From Tubulanus polymorphus (lineage: Eukaryota; Animalia; Nemertea): a stretch of 64,000 bases of DNA. The stretch is taken from assembly GCF_964204645.1 (NCBI RefSeq), contig NC_134033.1, positions 4,178,231-4,242,230 of the forward strand, given 5' to 3'. The notes below the pieces were generated by a model. That model worked only from the letters and a program-made list of their open reading frames with translations. It made no database searches and was not told the DNA's origin. This document shows, piece after piece, positions 63,001 to 64,000 of this stretch (position 1 is its first letter; each line of letters begins with the position of its first letter). The position numbers were made by a program, and so were the translations under genes.

Positions 63001-64000
63001 TGCGACTATGCCGTATAATGTTATAAGACATTGAAGCAGTGGTGATATGTTTTCCGTGTTTATCGCAGTTCCCGCATTTCTTTGGACTGACAAAATTGGC
63101 GTTGGATATATCAAACAGATAGCTATATGCAAAAAGTCGCTAAGATAAATCACGGACTCTAAAACGAATAAATACATTATCTCCACTAACATGAGGCAGA
63201 TGAAGCGGGTTCAGGTCACACGCGTATCTGCCGGCAAGCACACGATGGTTCGACCACACAACTTTTTGAAGCTCGATTTCTCAATTATTGTTGACCGGGT
63301 TGGCAAAATAAATAAAATTTGTGTCTTAATTTTTGTTCACACACACACACAACACCAGCTGAGCGTAGATGCAGCAGTGCATTGACCCATACATGGATGA
63401 ACAAGAAATCATAATCAAAAATATGATTGTCGATAAACGAAATCAGTCATCAAGTACTACGGATATCAATTTTAAAAGAGGAAATGAGTATCATTATATC
63501 AACTATGTGAGAGTCACTGAAGTTGATTCGATACGATTTTTATCAAAGGTTTAGTCTTTTTATTGTAGAAATATATTGCCTTCTCTTACCAGAAAGGAAG
63601 ACTATTAAAAATGCGCCAGATTGGCTAGATTTTTCTCTAGCCAATATAGAAGTATTTCTCTCGACTAGTCGAGACGAGAGTTGTGTCGAGGAAAATCGGG
63701 CGTAACAAAGTCGAGGAGTCGAGAGTAATCTAACCAATCAACATACAGCATAGTCGCGCGCATTTTGACACAACTTTGTTTATTTTTCTATCAGAAGTTG
63801 AGAAATCGAGAATTTGAGACAACTCAATTTCTCTTCAAAAAGTCGAGTGTGTGATGCTAGGTTTACACACACACACGTGTACATTCTAAACTGATCTACG
63901 TAATCAAATATGAAATTTTTCTGTTATTATCTAAATTGTGGATACTTTTCCAAAACTAAAAGAGATCATTTTTCGACTTTCTGGCATATTTTTCTAACCT

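Overview
Animal (invertebrate, probably marine lophotrochozoan-type) genomic DNA with spliceosomal introns and many transposons. Positions ~624-18096 hold the right-hand part of a very AT-rich endogenous Polinton/Maverick (adintovirus-like) virus. It encodes a protein-primed PolB, an rve integrase with chromodomain, an A32/FtsK packaging ATPase, major and minor jelly-roll capsid proteins, an HNH nuclease and several membrane proteins. Several core genes are broken by single stops or frameshifts, and an LTR interrupts the element on the left. Two features stand out. (1) 13 of 15 core genes start in a TAAATG context, often behind a T-tract, like poxvirus late promoters, which hints at a virophage-like dependence on a helper large DNA virus. 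(2) The element ends in a ~400-bp fold-back hairpin. A related ~2.1-kb mini-element at 30155-32253 carries an equivalent hairpin with divergent but still paired arms, and both show G.T mismatches biased to the same strand. Host DNA includes a single-Ig/ITIM receptor, a ~1930-aa CUB-CTL-LDLa-LRR-7TM GRL101-like receptor with a truncated duplicate and a fragment, two GPCR pseudogenes, a ParB-like intron-containing gene, and LINE, SINE, MITE and satellite sequence. All calls come from motif recognition by eye; no database searches were run.
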